From contig CP181291.1 in the NCBI GenBank assembly GCA_052279835.1, forward strand, positions 5,984,001-6,048,000: a stretch of DNA of 64,000 nt, in the 5' to 3' direction. How positions within the stretch are numbered: position 1 is the first letter of the stretch; the number at the start of each line of letters is the position of its first letter. Shown here one piece after another: positions 1 to 9,852 of this stretch. Made by a program: the position numbers and the translations under genes. Under the pieces are notes generated by a model. It was not told the origin of the DNA and did no database searches. It saw nothing but the letters and a program-made list of their open reading frames with translations. The DNA is from Microcoleus sp. Lineage in GTDB: Bacteria; Cyanobacteriota; Cyanobacteriia; Cyanobacteriales; Microcoleaceae.

Positions 1-731
1 ACACTCGCAACGACTTCTTAAAACAGTCTAACATTAAAATATCCACTCTCGAAGGATGGAAAAAGTTTATCATGGCCAGCGCGCGATCGCCCACCGGACG
101 CCAAGCCATGCTAGCCCACAACCAAGCCAAAGCCATCGCCCTTTGTACCGAAGGCAAACTGCGAATATTAGGCGAATTACTAGAAAAACATTACCCGCAG
201 CGCACCCTAATTTTCACGGCAGACAATGCCACAGTTTACCGAATCTCCCAAGAATTTCTGATTCCTACGATTACCCACCAAACCCCGGTTAAAGAACGCC
301 ATGAAATCCTGCAAAAATTTCGCAGCGGCGAATACAAAACCCTGGTAGCCTCCCACGTCCTCAACGAAGGAGTGGACGTTCCCGATGCCAGAATTGCGAT
401 CGTCTTATCAGGCACCGGTAGCGAACGGGAATACATCCAACGTCTAGGTCGAGTTTTGCGAAAAAGCAGCGATGTAAATAAACTAGCAATTCTCTACGAA
501 GTTGTCACCGAAAACACCAGCGAAGAAAGAACATCCCAGCGGCGTCGAGGCGGAATGAAATTTGAAAAACCGAAACTACCAACAATAATAGAACCACCAC
601 AATCCGAACCTCAGCAACTAGAAATATTCCAGCCAACACCTATTTACGGAGTCAATCGCCAGACAACCAAGCGCGCGGCCGAGTCGCCTCAAAAATGGGG
701 AGAAAATAATGATGATAATGAAGAAAAATAA
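1..731 (+). CDS. XPB/Rad25-like SF2 DEAD/DEAH-box helicase, 5'-partial (C-terminal helicase domain)
   Basis: Frame is open from position 3 (TRNDFLKQSNIKISTLEGWKKFIM...). Helicase C motifs LNEGVDVPDA and YIQRLGRVLR. Lies upstream of a DUF790 gene. Confidence 0.85.
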   Translation, partial: TRNDFLKQSNIKISTLEGWKKFIMASARSPTGRQAMLAHNQAKAIALCTEGKLRILGELLEKHYPQRTLIFTADNATVYRISQEFLIPTITHQTPVKERHEILQKFRSGEYKTLVASHVLNEGVDVPDARIAIVLSGTGSEREYIQRLGRVLRKSSDVNKLAILYEVVTENTSEERTSQRRRGGMKFEKPKLPTIIEPPQSEPQQLEIFQPTPIYGVNRQTTKRAAESPQKWGENNDDNEEK

Positions 732-807
732 CCAGGGAGAAAATGAAGATTGAAGAATGCCAATTTAATGTATAATTTCAGAAACCACTAACTCGGAGTA
801 GCTAACA

Positions 808-1269
808 ATGAGCGATATCCCACAAATAACTAACTTCAAAGTTTTGCCCAAACATATTGGTATTTGGGAGGGAGACTGGACAATACTCGATGGAGACTGC
901 AAGGAAAAGCTGAAATTTACAGCCGTATTAACCCAGAAAATAGTTGATAACCAGTGGAGGCAAACTAACGTTCAAACCTATGCAAACGGTCAGAGTGAAA
1001 CTCAAAATTTTGTAGGTCATGTTGTGGGTGAAGGACAAATAGCAATAGAAAGTCCAGACTCTCCTTTTTCCAACTACAAGACACTAGCGACAGAAGTTGG
1101 AGAGGATTTGATAATTTTTCAAGTATGGGAGAAAGCAACGGGAAGTCTCAGGGCTGTGGAAACTATCAATTTGATTAATTCGGGTGAACGAATTCGGACT
1201 ACCCAAAGCTTGACCGAAGAGGGAAAACTCAGGGGAATTATGGTGGTTGTTGAACGAAGAATCGACTAA
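808..1269 (+). CDS. hypothetical beta-strand-rich protein (possibly DUF3598-like)
   Basis: 153-aa ORF with GGAG RBS. GxWxGxW N-terminal motif of the kind seen in calycin-like barrels. Confidence 0.65.
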   Translation: MSDIPQITNFKVLPKHIGIWEGDWTILDGDCKEKLKFTAVLTQKIVDNQWRQTNVQTYANGQSETQNFVGHVVGEGQIAIESPDSPFSNYKTLATEVGEDLIIFQVWEKATGSLRAVETINLINSGERIRTTQSLTEEGKLRGIMVVVERRID

Positions 1270-1283
1270 AAATTTTACTGCTG

Positions 1284-2519
1284 ATGCTACCAACAGAGTT
1301 ACTAAGTCACCGTCAAAATGGCGAATCGATCGTCCCCCTACGCCTGAAGATAGATGCTAAAAACCTAGAAGCAGCCACCGAAATGATTGATTGCTTCCAA
1401 AGTGCGATCCTCTTCGAGGGCTGCGCTAACGGCAAAACCCAAGGCGAACTAGACAAACGGTTGCAAGAACTAGAAGGCGACAGCCCCGACTACCGGCTCA
1501 AACGCGGATTAGCCCACCTTCTAAAAGGCGGTTTCAGCACCTTTGAAATCATCAGTCCCCTAGAACCAATTGCATTAAGACAGCGCGTATTTGCCCTAGC
1601 AGCGCAATCCGTACCCACCAAAAAATCCACCCAATTAACCCTCGAAACATTAGCACTTGAACTCAGTCAAGAATTAAATAGAGAAGTTTTAACCAATGAA
1701 ATAACTACAGGTTTATACGCAGATTTAAACGAAAATAAAATCCTTACCCAATTCGATACACCCACACCAGAAGCACTCTTACATCGCTACAACCTTTCTC
1801 AAGTCCAAGGCATATTTTATCGCGCCAGTCAAGTCCAATTAAACGCCCACCGCAACGATCCAGGAGAATACAAACTCCTATTTCGCTATCTAAAACTATT
1901 CCAATTAATGACATACATAGAAGGCGATGCCGAACATGGTTTCACCCTCACCATCGACGGGCCGACAAGCTTATTCAAACCCAGCACCCGCTACGGCTTA
2001 GCCCTAGCAAAAATGCTACCCGCCCTGCTACACGTCACCAAATGGAGTATGCACTCAACACTGCAAACAAAAGACCCTTTTAGCGGCGTATTAAAAACAG
2101 GTAAATTCACCCTAAACTCAGAGTGCGGTTTAGTCAGCCACTATCCACCAGGAAAACCCTATGATAGTATGTTAGAAGCAGCATTTGCCGAAAGATGGAA
2201 TTCCACAAAAACCGAGTGGAAACTAGAACGAGAAGTAGATTTAATTCCCATTCCCGGTAGCGTGATGATTCCCGACTTTCGGTTAGTGCATCCCGACGGG
2301 CGAGTCTTTTTATTAGAAATAGTCGGTTATTGGAGACCAGAGTATTTGCAAAAGAAATTTGCCCAAGTACATAAGTCCGAATGCGATAATTTAATCTTGG
2401 CTATTTCCGAACGACTGAACTTAGAAAAAGCTGGAGTAAAAGTAAAAGACGTACCAGCAAAAGTAATCTGGTTTAAAGATAAATTGTCACCCAAATCAGT
2501 CCTAGAAGTCCTCGAATAG
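1284..2519 (+). CDS. DUF790 family protein (Bax1-like nuclease)
   Basis: IDGPTSLFKPSTRYG, YDSMLE and PDF...EIVGYW PD-(D/E)xK-like motifs. Near the XPB-like helicase. Confidence 0.85.
   Translation: MLPTELLSHRQNGESIVPLRLKIDAKNLEAATEMIDCFQSAILFEGCANGKTQGELDKRLQELEGDSPDYRLKRGLAHLLKGGFSTFEIISPLEPIALRQRVFALAAQSVPTKKSTQLTLETLALELSQELNREVLTNEITTGLYADLNENKILTQFDTPTPEALLHRYNLSQVQGIFYRASQVQLNAHRNDPGEYKLLFRYLKLFQLMTYIEGDAEHGFTLTIDGPTSLFKPSTRYGLALAKMLPALLHVTKWSMHSTLQTKDPFSGVLKTGKFTLNSECGLVSHYPPGKPYDSMLEAAFAERWNSTKTEWKLEREVDLIPIPGSVMIPDFRLVHPDGRVFLLEIVGYWRPEYLQKKFAQVHKSECDNLILAISERLNLEKAGVKVKDVPAKVIWFKDKLSPKSVLEVLE
1410..1430 (+). repeat. 21-nt small dispersed repeat inserted in a HIP1-like site (copy 1)
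   Basis: GCGATC|CTCTTCGAGGGCTGCGCTAAC|GG. 20/21 identical to 62027-62047. Confidence 0.8.
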
Positions 2520-2561
2520 TATCCAAATTCACCCATAATTTGCGAACTTCTTTCTTCCCCT

Positions 2562-2768
2562 CTCTGCGGCCTCTGCGGCCTCTGCGGTTCAAAAAAATCC
2601 TATTCCATGAATGACATTATCTTAAATAGGACTTACAGAAAGTCATGGTGTTGCAAAATTTTGAGATTCTTCACAACACTTGTGAATGAAATAATTACGT
2701 TGTCAATCCCTCCAGGAATTTCTTCCTCTCTCTGCGCCCTCTGCGCCCTCTGTGGTTCAAAAAAATCC
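2562..2768. repeat. two copies of a nonamer-tandem unit (CTCTGCG..)3-GGTTCAAAAAAATCC
   Basis: Copies at 2562-2600 and 2730-2768. A related inverted copy lies near 37085-37111. Confidence 0.7.
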
Positions 2769-2860
2769 TCAAAAAACATCGCACATTCCACGCTATACTA
2801 AAATCAGAACATCCCCGAATCCTTGCCACCGCGTCCTCTCACCCTAAAACCGATCGCACA

Positions 2861-3580
2861 ATGGCAGACACAAATATTGTCGAGAAAATCAAAAAGCTGC
2901 TAGCCCTCGCTACTTCATCCAATGAAAACGAATCGACTGCGGCGGCAGAAAAAGCTTCACTTTTGCTAGCACAATACAATCTCAGTCTCGCTGATTTAGG
3001 CCCGAATCAACAGGAAGAGATTACCGAAAGTGGAGTGGAAACTACACCGCGCTATGTGACTTGGAAGATGATTTTGCTTTCGGGAATTGGTGAAGCTAAC
3101 GGTTGTAATGCGATGCGAAATAGTTATACTGGTAGTATGTTTTTGGTGGGAACTTCTACTAATTTGATTGTGTGTACCCATCTTTACGAGTATTTGAGTC
3201 AGGCGATCGAACGGAGGGCGAAATACCGCAAAGGAAGTGGGAGAGGATTGGCTTATCTCAATGCTTTTCGGGTAGGCTGCGCGACGAGATTGAGGCAGAG
3301 ATTGTTGGAACAAAAGCAGCAAATGGAAGAGTCGGGGATTCCGGGTGTGGGGGATGTGGCGGCGACTCCGGCGATTGTGGTGCGATCGATGTTTGAGAAG
3401 AATCAACAGGCGATCGCCGATTATTTACAGAGTTTGGGTGCTAAAGTTAAAACTCGGACAGGTTCTCAAATCAGCAGCGAGGCTGGTTTTAATTCTGGGT
3501 ATGAAGTGGGCGACAAAATTAGTTTGCACAAGCAAGTGCAGTCGCAAGGGGAGTTTAAACAACTCAATGAAAGTCTTTGA
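2861..3580 (+). CDS. DUF2786 domain-containing protein
   Basis: N-terminal IVEKIKKLLALA..NENE..AAAEKA..LLAQYNLS motif; AF..GCA..L..RL; GY..G C-terminal motif. Confidence 0.8.
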   Translation: MADTNIVEKIKKLLALATSSNENESTAAAEKASLLLAQYNLSLADLGPNQQEEITESGVETTPRYVTWKMILLSGIGEANGCNAMRNSYTGSMFLVGTSTNLIVCTHLYEYLSQAIERRAKYRKGSGRGLAYLNAFRVGCATRLRQRLLEQKQQMEESGIPGVGDVAATPAIVVRSMFEKNQQAIADYLQSLGAKVKTRTGSQISSEAGFNSGYEVGDKISLHKQVQSQGEFKQLNESL

Positions 3581-3589
3581 GGTAAAAAC

Positions 3590-3790
3590 ATGACAGTATA
3601 CGATCTAACTATGGCTAAAATTAGCCAACTGCCAGAGTCACTTGTTCAAGAGGTGAATGATTTCATAGACTTTTTGCTCTTTAAATACAATAGTGAATTG
3701 CCACAGCTTACTGAATCAGACTTTTCTGACTATTTAAAGAATTTAAAATCCTACGAAAAAAAGTTAGCTCGCGGAGAAATTCAATGGTAG
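3590..3790 (+). CDS. DUF2281-like putative antitoxin
   Basis: LPESLVQEVNDFIDFLLFKY motif. Overlaps the start of the downstream toxin gene. Confidence 0.75.
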   Translation: MTVYDLTMAKISQLPESLVQEVNDFIDFLLFKYNSELPQLTESDFSDYLKNLKSYEKKLARGEIQW

Positions 3791-4147
3791 GAGCTACATC
3801 AGTAAATCCAACATATACAAGAGGAGATGTCGTGATGCGATTTGAATCCGGTAGTTGGTACAGAACAAGCTGGTATAAGACCTGTTGTCATCTTACAGAT
3901 TGACCGTGCTAATGCAGTAAGTCCTCATACTATTATTGCACCATTTACTACGAAGATTCGTCGCGCCCTTTTACCTTCTCATGTATTTGTTCCATCTGGA
4001 GTTGGGGGTTTAAATCAAGATTCAGTAATACTTTGCGAACAGATTCGAGTGATCGACAATTCTAGGGTTATTCGGGTAATCGGTCATTTAGATAAAAATT
4101 ATATGGATGAGCTGGCAGTAGCCCTAGGTGTGATTTTAGGCTTGTGA
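3784..4147 (+). pseudogene. PemK/MazF family toxin, frameshifted near 3838
   Basis: ATG at 3784 gives ..YTRGDVVM. The continuation DLNPVVGTEQAGIRPVVILQ...ILCEQIRVID is in the +1 frame. Confidence 0.7.
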
Positions 4148-4161
4148 GCGATCGCATTTAG

Positions 4162-6462
4162 TTATGGGCAATCAAAGCTCACTCTTGGATCGTCTATAGG
4201 CACAAATTCATAAGAGTTATTATTGCTAGACGGCACTACTGCTACCAATTGAATAGTTGACTCCTTGCGATCGCCATTCTTATCAAAACTTATTTTACCT
4301 GTAGCTCCAACAGTCTTAAAACTAGGGTTAGCCAAAGCCTCTTGGATATTAATGCGGGTTGGTTGCGGCAGAGTTGTTAAGGCTTCTATCACCGCACGAG
4401 TTGCATCATAAGCTGAGGCCGTATTGGGACTGACTGGAGCTCGCCATAAATCCTCACTATCTTTGGGAAATTGTTGATTTGGACTGTTTAACCTATGCCA
4501 AAAAGTAGCTATAACCAGGCGGTATACAGATTGTTTTCCAGCATCCTTCAATGTTTGAAAATTGTAGAGACTATCTCCTCCTACCATACAATATCCATCG
4601 CGATTTGCTTTGATAGCTTTTATAGCTCGATCGCGAGTAGAGATATTCGGAAACAAAATAAGCCCTGTAGATCCTAGTTTTTTGGCTTTATCTACAGCTA
4701 TATCTGGATTAAATAGAATGGTAGATAAATCAAATTCCTCGACTATATTTCCACCACCAGATATAAAGTTAGTCTGGAATCTATCCCTGAGAGATTGGCT
4801 ATAAGGATTTCCTGGATAGTAAAAAACTGCCACTCTCTTCTGGCCGGATTTATTGAGCAAGTAACTAGACAAGCTTTGGGCAGCTACCCGATCGCTAGAA
4901 ACGGTGCGAAATATAAAATCACCCGATAGTGAGATATCTTCAGATGTACTTGTAGGAGAAATTAATAGTAATTTTTGCTTTTCATAAACAGGAGCCGTCT
5001 TTAGAGTTACTGAACTGGAAAAGTGACCGACGACAGCTAAGATATCTGATTTAGCGGTCAAAACATTCGCTATTGCAGTACCCTGGTCTTCTTTTTCAGC
5101 ATCATCTGCGATCGCCACTTTCAAACTTTTACCATTAATTTTTTGTCCCCCATTGACCTCATCTTGAGCTTGGGCAACCCCTCGCAAAAGTTCTTGCCCC
5201 GATTGCTTTACATCATCTTTACCGCTATCGAGAGGGGCAGCAACTGCGATCGTGTAAGCAGGCAAATTTTGAGCTGCTATCCGAGCGTTATTGAGATAAA
5301 TTAAAGTTTCCGGATCTCTTGGTGCTTTTTTCCTTGCCTGCTCGAATAACCTAATTGCTTCACTGTACTTACCGTCAGCGAATGCTGTAACCCCGTTTTG
5401 CTTTTCTGATAGTATTGAGCCGGGAATTAGGATTTTTTTACCATAACTTAAATGCTTTTCCCCCGGAGCAATATTTTGTTGTGAAGATAGTAATTGTGAA
5501 AAAGCGATCGCACCAGCCAATGTTGCTACAGCTAATCCCAACCACAAGATTTTCTTGCGACTCAAACGGCATATCTGCGATATCAACTGAAACAGTTGGG
5601 AAAATACCCGTTTCCACCACGTTTGGGGTGGAATATCGATCGGTGTCAATGGTTGCAATGCCTGCAATACCTCAGATGCTGACTTATATCGATCGTGGAA
5701 GTGATACCGCACCATTTTGTCTAAAATGTTTGCTAACTCAGGAGAAACCTGTACCCAAGGACGCCAGATTTTTTCACCCTTTCGATCTGATTGTATTTGC
5801 TTGAAAGGATCTAACCCCGTGAGTGCTTGGATGCCAATCATTCCTACAGCATAGATATCGCTGCTAAATCTTGCTTGTCGATTGCATTGTTCTGGAGGCA
5901 TATAACCTGGTGTCCCACATGATATTGTTGGGTTCATTGACCCCCCAAATTCTCCCAAGTTACTGATTTCTTTGACTGTTCCAAAGTCAATTAAAACCAG
6001 CTTTTTGTCTCGCCAACGGCGAATTATATTAGCTGGTTTAATATCCCGGTGAATCACTTGCTCCCCATGAACAAATTCAATAATTTCCAGGATTTCCTGC
6101 AACAGGTTAATCACCTCGTATTCTGGCAACAGATTGCCTATTGTCAGTTCTTTGCTGAGAGGATCGCCTTCAATAAACTCTTGAATTAGATAGAATTTTT
6201 CTTTTGTTTCAAAACTATTAAACAGCTCCGGTATTTGAGAGTGCGTCCCTAAGCGTGTCAAAACTTGAGCTTCTCTTTCAAATCTATATTGAGTTTCTTG
6301 CAAGATGGCTGGATCGTTAGATAACGGTATAATTTCTTTGACAACAACTTGCCGAGATGAATTGTTTTTATCTTCAGCTAGATACGTCTGGCTACATCCT
6401 CGCCCCAATTCCTTTATAATTTTGTATTGACCGCCAATCACATCCCCTGGATTTAGATTCAT
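4162..6462 (-). CDS. Ser/Thr protein kinase with TM segment and extracellular branched-chain amino-acid-binding (ABC substrate-binding) domain
   Basis: HRDIKPANI, DFG, GTPGYMPPEQ, SDIYAVG kinase motifs; a TM helix; AVVGHFSS and ISPTSTS binding-protein motifs. Confidence 0.9.
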   Translation of the reverse strand: MNLNPGDVIGGQYKIIKELGRGCSQTYLAEDKNNSSRQVVVKEIIPLSNDPAILQETQYRFEREAQVLTRLGTHSQIPELFNSFETKEKFYLIQEFIEGDPLSKELTIGNLLPEYEVINLLQEILEIIEFVHGEQVIHRDIKPANIIRRWRDKKLVLIDFGTVKEISNLGEFGGSMNPTISCGTPGYMPPEQCNRQARFSSDIYAVGMIGIQALTGLDPFKQIQSDRKGEKIWRPWVQVSPELANILDKMVRYHFHDRYKSASEVLQALQPLTPIDIPPQTWWKRVFSQLFQLISQICRLSRKKILWLGLAVATLAGAIAFSQLLSSQQNIAPGEKHLSYGKKILIPGSILSEKQNGVTAFADGKYSEAIRLFEQARKKAPRDPETLIYLNNARIAAQNLPAYTIAVAAPLDSGKDDVKQSGQELLRGVAQAQDEVNGGQKINGKSLKVAIADDAEKEDQGTAIANVLTAKSDILAVVGHFSSSVTLKTAPVYEKQKLLLISPTSTSEDISLSGDFIFRTVSSDRVAAQSLSSYLLNKSGQKRVAVFYYPGNPYSQSLRDRFQTNFISGGGNIVEEFDLSTILFNPDIAVDKAKKLGSTGLILFPNISTRDRAIKAIKANRDGYCMVGGDSLYNFQTLKDAGKQSVYRLVIATFWHRLNSPNQQFPKDSEDLWRAPVSPNTASAYDATRAVIEALTTLPQPTRINIQEALANPSFKTVGATGKISFDKNGDRKESTIQLVAVVPSSNNNSYEFVPIDDPRVSFDCP

Positions 6463-6701
6463 ACGGTTGAGCTAAAGCTTTAATTTGGTAATTTAAGTGA
6501 TGATAATTATGCCACACAATCTAACTTGTTGCTACTTAAGATCACTGTCTAACCCTTTCAAGGCTGCCCTGTCTCCTGTGCGGATGGGTAACGCTGTCGA
6601 AACTCATAGCAAAGCATTTATCATCGGATTAAATTCTTAGGATAAATATTACGAGCGATTAAATATATATGGTCATACCTACCCCAAAAGATCGATCGCA
6701 C

Positions 6702-7262
6702 TTAATCAATCAACTCTGCTTCTTCAAAAATTAGTCGAGTCGTCAACTCCAAACCCGGCAACAACTCATCCACAATCGGGGTATTATCCGTATAAACTTG
6801 ACTAGAACCATCGGGGAAAAAACTTTTAATTAAGATAGCTTCTGGATCGATTACCCAAACCCTTGGAATACCAGCAGCCAAATAATCTTTCGCCTTCTCT
6901 TCAAATTCTTTCATCGTCTGATCGGGAGAGATAATCTCAATTACCAGTTCAGGAATTGCAGGACAAGCTTGATTACGCCGATAACTGCGCGGTAAACGTT
7001 CATAAGAAATATACAGTAAATCTGGTACAGGAACCCAGTTTCGATTCTGACGCTTTAATAGAATCGCTAATTCTGGAAAGACTCTACCTTTCCCCCTGCT
7101 CCATAGACGCAATAGGAAATTTAAAGCTCCCTGTAAACTGGAATGAAAAATTTTTGGAGACACTTTAGGAACTGCTTGACCATCTACAAACTCATAATAC
7201 ACGTCTCCGTCGGGCAAAGCTAGAAAATCTTCTAAAGTGAGTTTTGTTCCGATGCCTACCAT
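6702..7262 (-). CDS. Uma2 family endonuclease
   Basis: YEFVDG, VPDL, PELVIEIISP, K..Y..G...VWVIDP, LLPGLEL. Confidence 0.9.
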   Translation of the reverse strand: MVGIGTKLTLEDFLALPDGDVYYEFVDGQAVPKVSPKIFHSSLQGALNFLLRLWSRGKGRVFPELAILLKRQNRNWVPVPDLLYISYERLPRSYRRNQACPAIPELVIEIISPDQTMKEFEEKAKDYLAAGIPRVWVIDPEAILIKSFFPDGSSQVYTDNTPIVDELLPGLELTTRLIFEEAELID

Positions 7263-7430
7263 GACTCTTAGCCCTCTCGATAATTAATTGATATATTTAT
7301 TGTATCCTTATTTATTTACTTGTCATTATACCAGACCGATCGCACTTTCATCTCCCTGCACCACCAACTCCCTGAAAAACCGCTATAATGGGATACGGTG
7401 CAAAATGCGAACAACCAACAACTAAACATT

Positions 7431-8306
7431 ATGTTCTTAGTAACCGGAGCAACAGGCGCGCTAGGCCGCCGCATAGTACGAGAAATCAGACAGCAAGACA
7501 AACCCGTCCGCGCATTTGTTCGCCTCGCATCTCGGTACTCAGAACTAGAAAACCGAGGCGCAGAAATTTTTATCGGCGACTTGAAACAAGACAAAGATAT
7601 TAAAAAAGCCTGCCAAGGAGTCAAATGTGTCATCAGCACCCACGGCACTGGCGGGGACGTTCAAGCCGTACACTACCGCGCTAATATAGAATTAATCGAC
7701 TGCGCCAAGGAAGCCGGAGTTGAGCATTTTGTATTCCTTTCGGTACTAGGAGTCGATCGCGGATACGAAGATTCGGCAGTATTCAAAGCCAAGCGAGAAG
7801 TCGAAAAATACCTGCAAAACAGCGGATTGAATTATACAATCTTGCGGCCAGCAGGTTTTGCTTCCAGCTTGTTACCGTTAGCAGAAAGGTTTCGAGAAAC
7901 CGGAATTTACCTGCTGATTGGCGACGGCAAAAACCGCACCTCTGTTGTCAGTACCGACGATTTAGCTCGTATTGCAGTAGACTCCTCAACTGTGGAAGGT
8001 GCGCGCAACCAAATTCTGCCCGTCGGCGGCCCAGATGTACTCACAAGAGATGACATTGCGCGCATTTTTGGACGCTTATTCAATCGCGAACCTGTAATCA
8101 TTAACCCGCCACTGGTGGTGTTTGACGGATTGCGAAATGCCTTGGGTTTTTTGAACCCTCAAGCTCAAAAAGGTTTGGGTACTTTACGGGTATTGCTAGG
8201 TAATGAATTTTTCTGTACCCCGGAAGAAGTGCATAACTTAGAAGCAATTTACGGCATCAAAATGGAATCCCTAGAAACCTTTTTGAAGCGCAATTTGAGT
8301 CTGTAA
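7431..8306 (+). CDS. SDR/NmrA-like NAD(P)H-binding oxidoreductase
   Basis: MFLVTGATGALG Rossmann motif; YTILRP. ATG at 7431 preferred over 7398. Confidence 0.85.
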   Translation: MFLVTGATGALGRRIVREIRQQDKPVRAFVRLASRYSELENRGAEIFIGDLKQDKDIKKACQGVKCVISTHGTGGDVQAVHYRANIELIDCAKEAGVEHFVFLSVLGVDRGYEDSAVFKAKREVEKYLQNSGLNYTILRPAGFASSLLPLAERFRETGIYLLIGDGKNRTSVVSTDDLARIAVDSSTVEGARNQILPVGGPDVLTRDDIARIFGRLFNREPVIINPPLVVFDGLRNALGFLNPQAQKGLGTLRVLLGNEFFCTPEEVHNLEAIYGIKMESLETFLKRNLSL

Positions 8307-8353
8307 AATCAGTCTTATATGGGACTGGGACAATTACAAGACTTACCTATTCT

Positions 8354-8477
8354 GGGAGCATCCAGATTTTGCATAGGCTTTCGCATCACCGCAGACAATT
8401 TATTAGTGATAATCAGAGATTTACAGCGGTGATGCGAAAGCCCCTACGAATATATTTGCACTCATTGAGATGCACCC
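8354..8477. mobile_element. MITE family A copy 1 (TIR GGGWGCATY, 8-bp TSD)
   Basis: Ends GGGAGCATC / GATGCACCC; flanked on both sides by CCTATTCT. Confidence 0.8.
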
Positions 8478-8570
8478 CCTATTCTGAAGGAGAACACCGG
8501 GTTTTTGATGAAATCTCCGGGCTGCAACGAAGTATTTTATCAAAAAACCCGGTTTCTTAAGTTATAATCT

Positions 8571-9677
8571 ATGCCCAATCACCTATCTTCCCAATGGACA
8601 CAACTCCACGCTCAACTGCACCGGACCCTGCTACACCGCAAAATATTACCCCCAAATCAGCGATTATTAGTAGCAGTATCCGGCGGGCAAGATTCTTTGT
8701 GTGCCATGAAGTTACTGCTAGATTTGCAGCCCAAATGGGGCTGGGAATTAGCAATTGTTCACTGCGATCACCGCTGGCGTGTGGATTCGGAAGCTAATGC
8801 AAATCATGTAGAAAATTTAGCTAAACATTGGGGAATATCATATTATCAAAAAACAGCCGATCGCGTTCCGAAAACTGAAGCAGCAGCCCGCAACTGGCGA
8901 TATCAAAGTTTAACCGAAATTGCGATCGCCAATAACTACCCCTACATTATTACAGGCCACACAGCGAGCGATCGCGCCGAAACCCTCCTCTACAACCTAA
9001 TTCGCGGTAGCGGTGCCGATGGACTTTCAGCCCTCACATGGGTTCGCCCCCTTGTCGATTTTCCATTGCCGATTTCAGATTGTAGATTAGAGAAGGTAAA
9101 TGAAAATCCCGCATCGAAAATCCCCAATCTCAACTCTCAAATCTACTTAGTTCGTCCCTTGCTCGAAATAAGTCGATCGCAAACAGGCGAATTTTGTCAA
9201 CAGCAAAAACTACCAGTTTGGGAAGATTCCACAAACCAGGATTTGCAATACGCCCGCAACCGGATTCGATCGGAATTATTACCTTATTTAGAAACTCATT
9301 TTAACCCCCAAACCCAGCAAGCCCTCGCTCAAACAGCCGAAATTCTCCGCGCTGATGTCGAATATCTCGAACTTGCCGCCACCGAATTGCTACAGCTAGC
9401 CATGTCACAAATCAACGAAGAAGATCGCGGAACTTTTCAACTTCCAGTCAAGTTAAATCTCCCGATTTTGCTAGCAGCCCCCCTTTCCTTGCAGCGACGA
9501 GCCATGCGACAGCTACTGCAACAAATACTACCAAGTGCTCCCAGCTTTGACAACATTGAAAAACTCACAGCTTTGATTGTAGCACCTAATCGATCGCAAA
9601 CAGATCCATTTCCATCAGGTGCGATCGGTATAGTAGAAAAACCTTGGATGATTATCACATCTGGGCCTAGGGCATAG
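8571..9677 (+). CDS. tilS: tRNA(Ile)-lysidine synthase
   Basis: VAVSGGQDS PP-loop, EAAAR..RY, TGHTASDRAET, RPLL, WEDSTN, RNRIR. Confidence 0.95.
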   Translation: MPNHLSSQWTQLHAQLHRTLLHRKILPPNQRLLVAVSGGQDSLCAMKLLLDLQPKWGWELAIVHCDHRWRVDSEANANHVENLAKHWGISYYQKTADRVPKTEAAARNWRYQSLTEIAIANNYPYIITGHTASDRAETLLYNLIRGSGADGLSALTWVRPLVDFPLPISDCRLEKVNENPASKIPNLNSQIYLVRPLLEISRSQTGEFCQQQKLPVWEDSTNQDLQYARNRIRSELLPYLETHFNPQTQQALAQTAEILRADVEYLELAATELLQLAMSQINEEDRGTFQLPVKLNLPILLAAPLSLQRRAMRQLLQQILPSAPSFDNIEKLTALIVAPNRSQTDPFPSGAIGIVEKPWMIITSGPRA

Positions 9678-9734
9678 CACATTAGACATCGCGCCTTAAA
9701 ACCTGCTTCCTGAATTTCCACCCTTGGGGGGTGA

Positions 9735-9838
9735 TATCGTTTCCGGTTGTATTGGAATGATTTAACCTTACTAGAACACTCTTGACACAGAGGGAGAGAA
9801 TAGAGATATGAATAATTCAGATGCTACTGGATTTGATA
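9735..9838. mobile_element. MITE family B copy (3-bp TGA TSD)
   Basis: TGA|TATCGTTTCCGGTTGTA...TACTGGATTTGATA|TGA. Confidence 0.65.
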
Positions 9839-9852
9839 TGACTTATTCCTTC

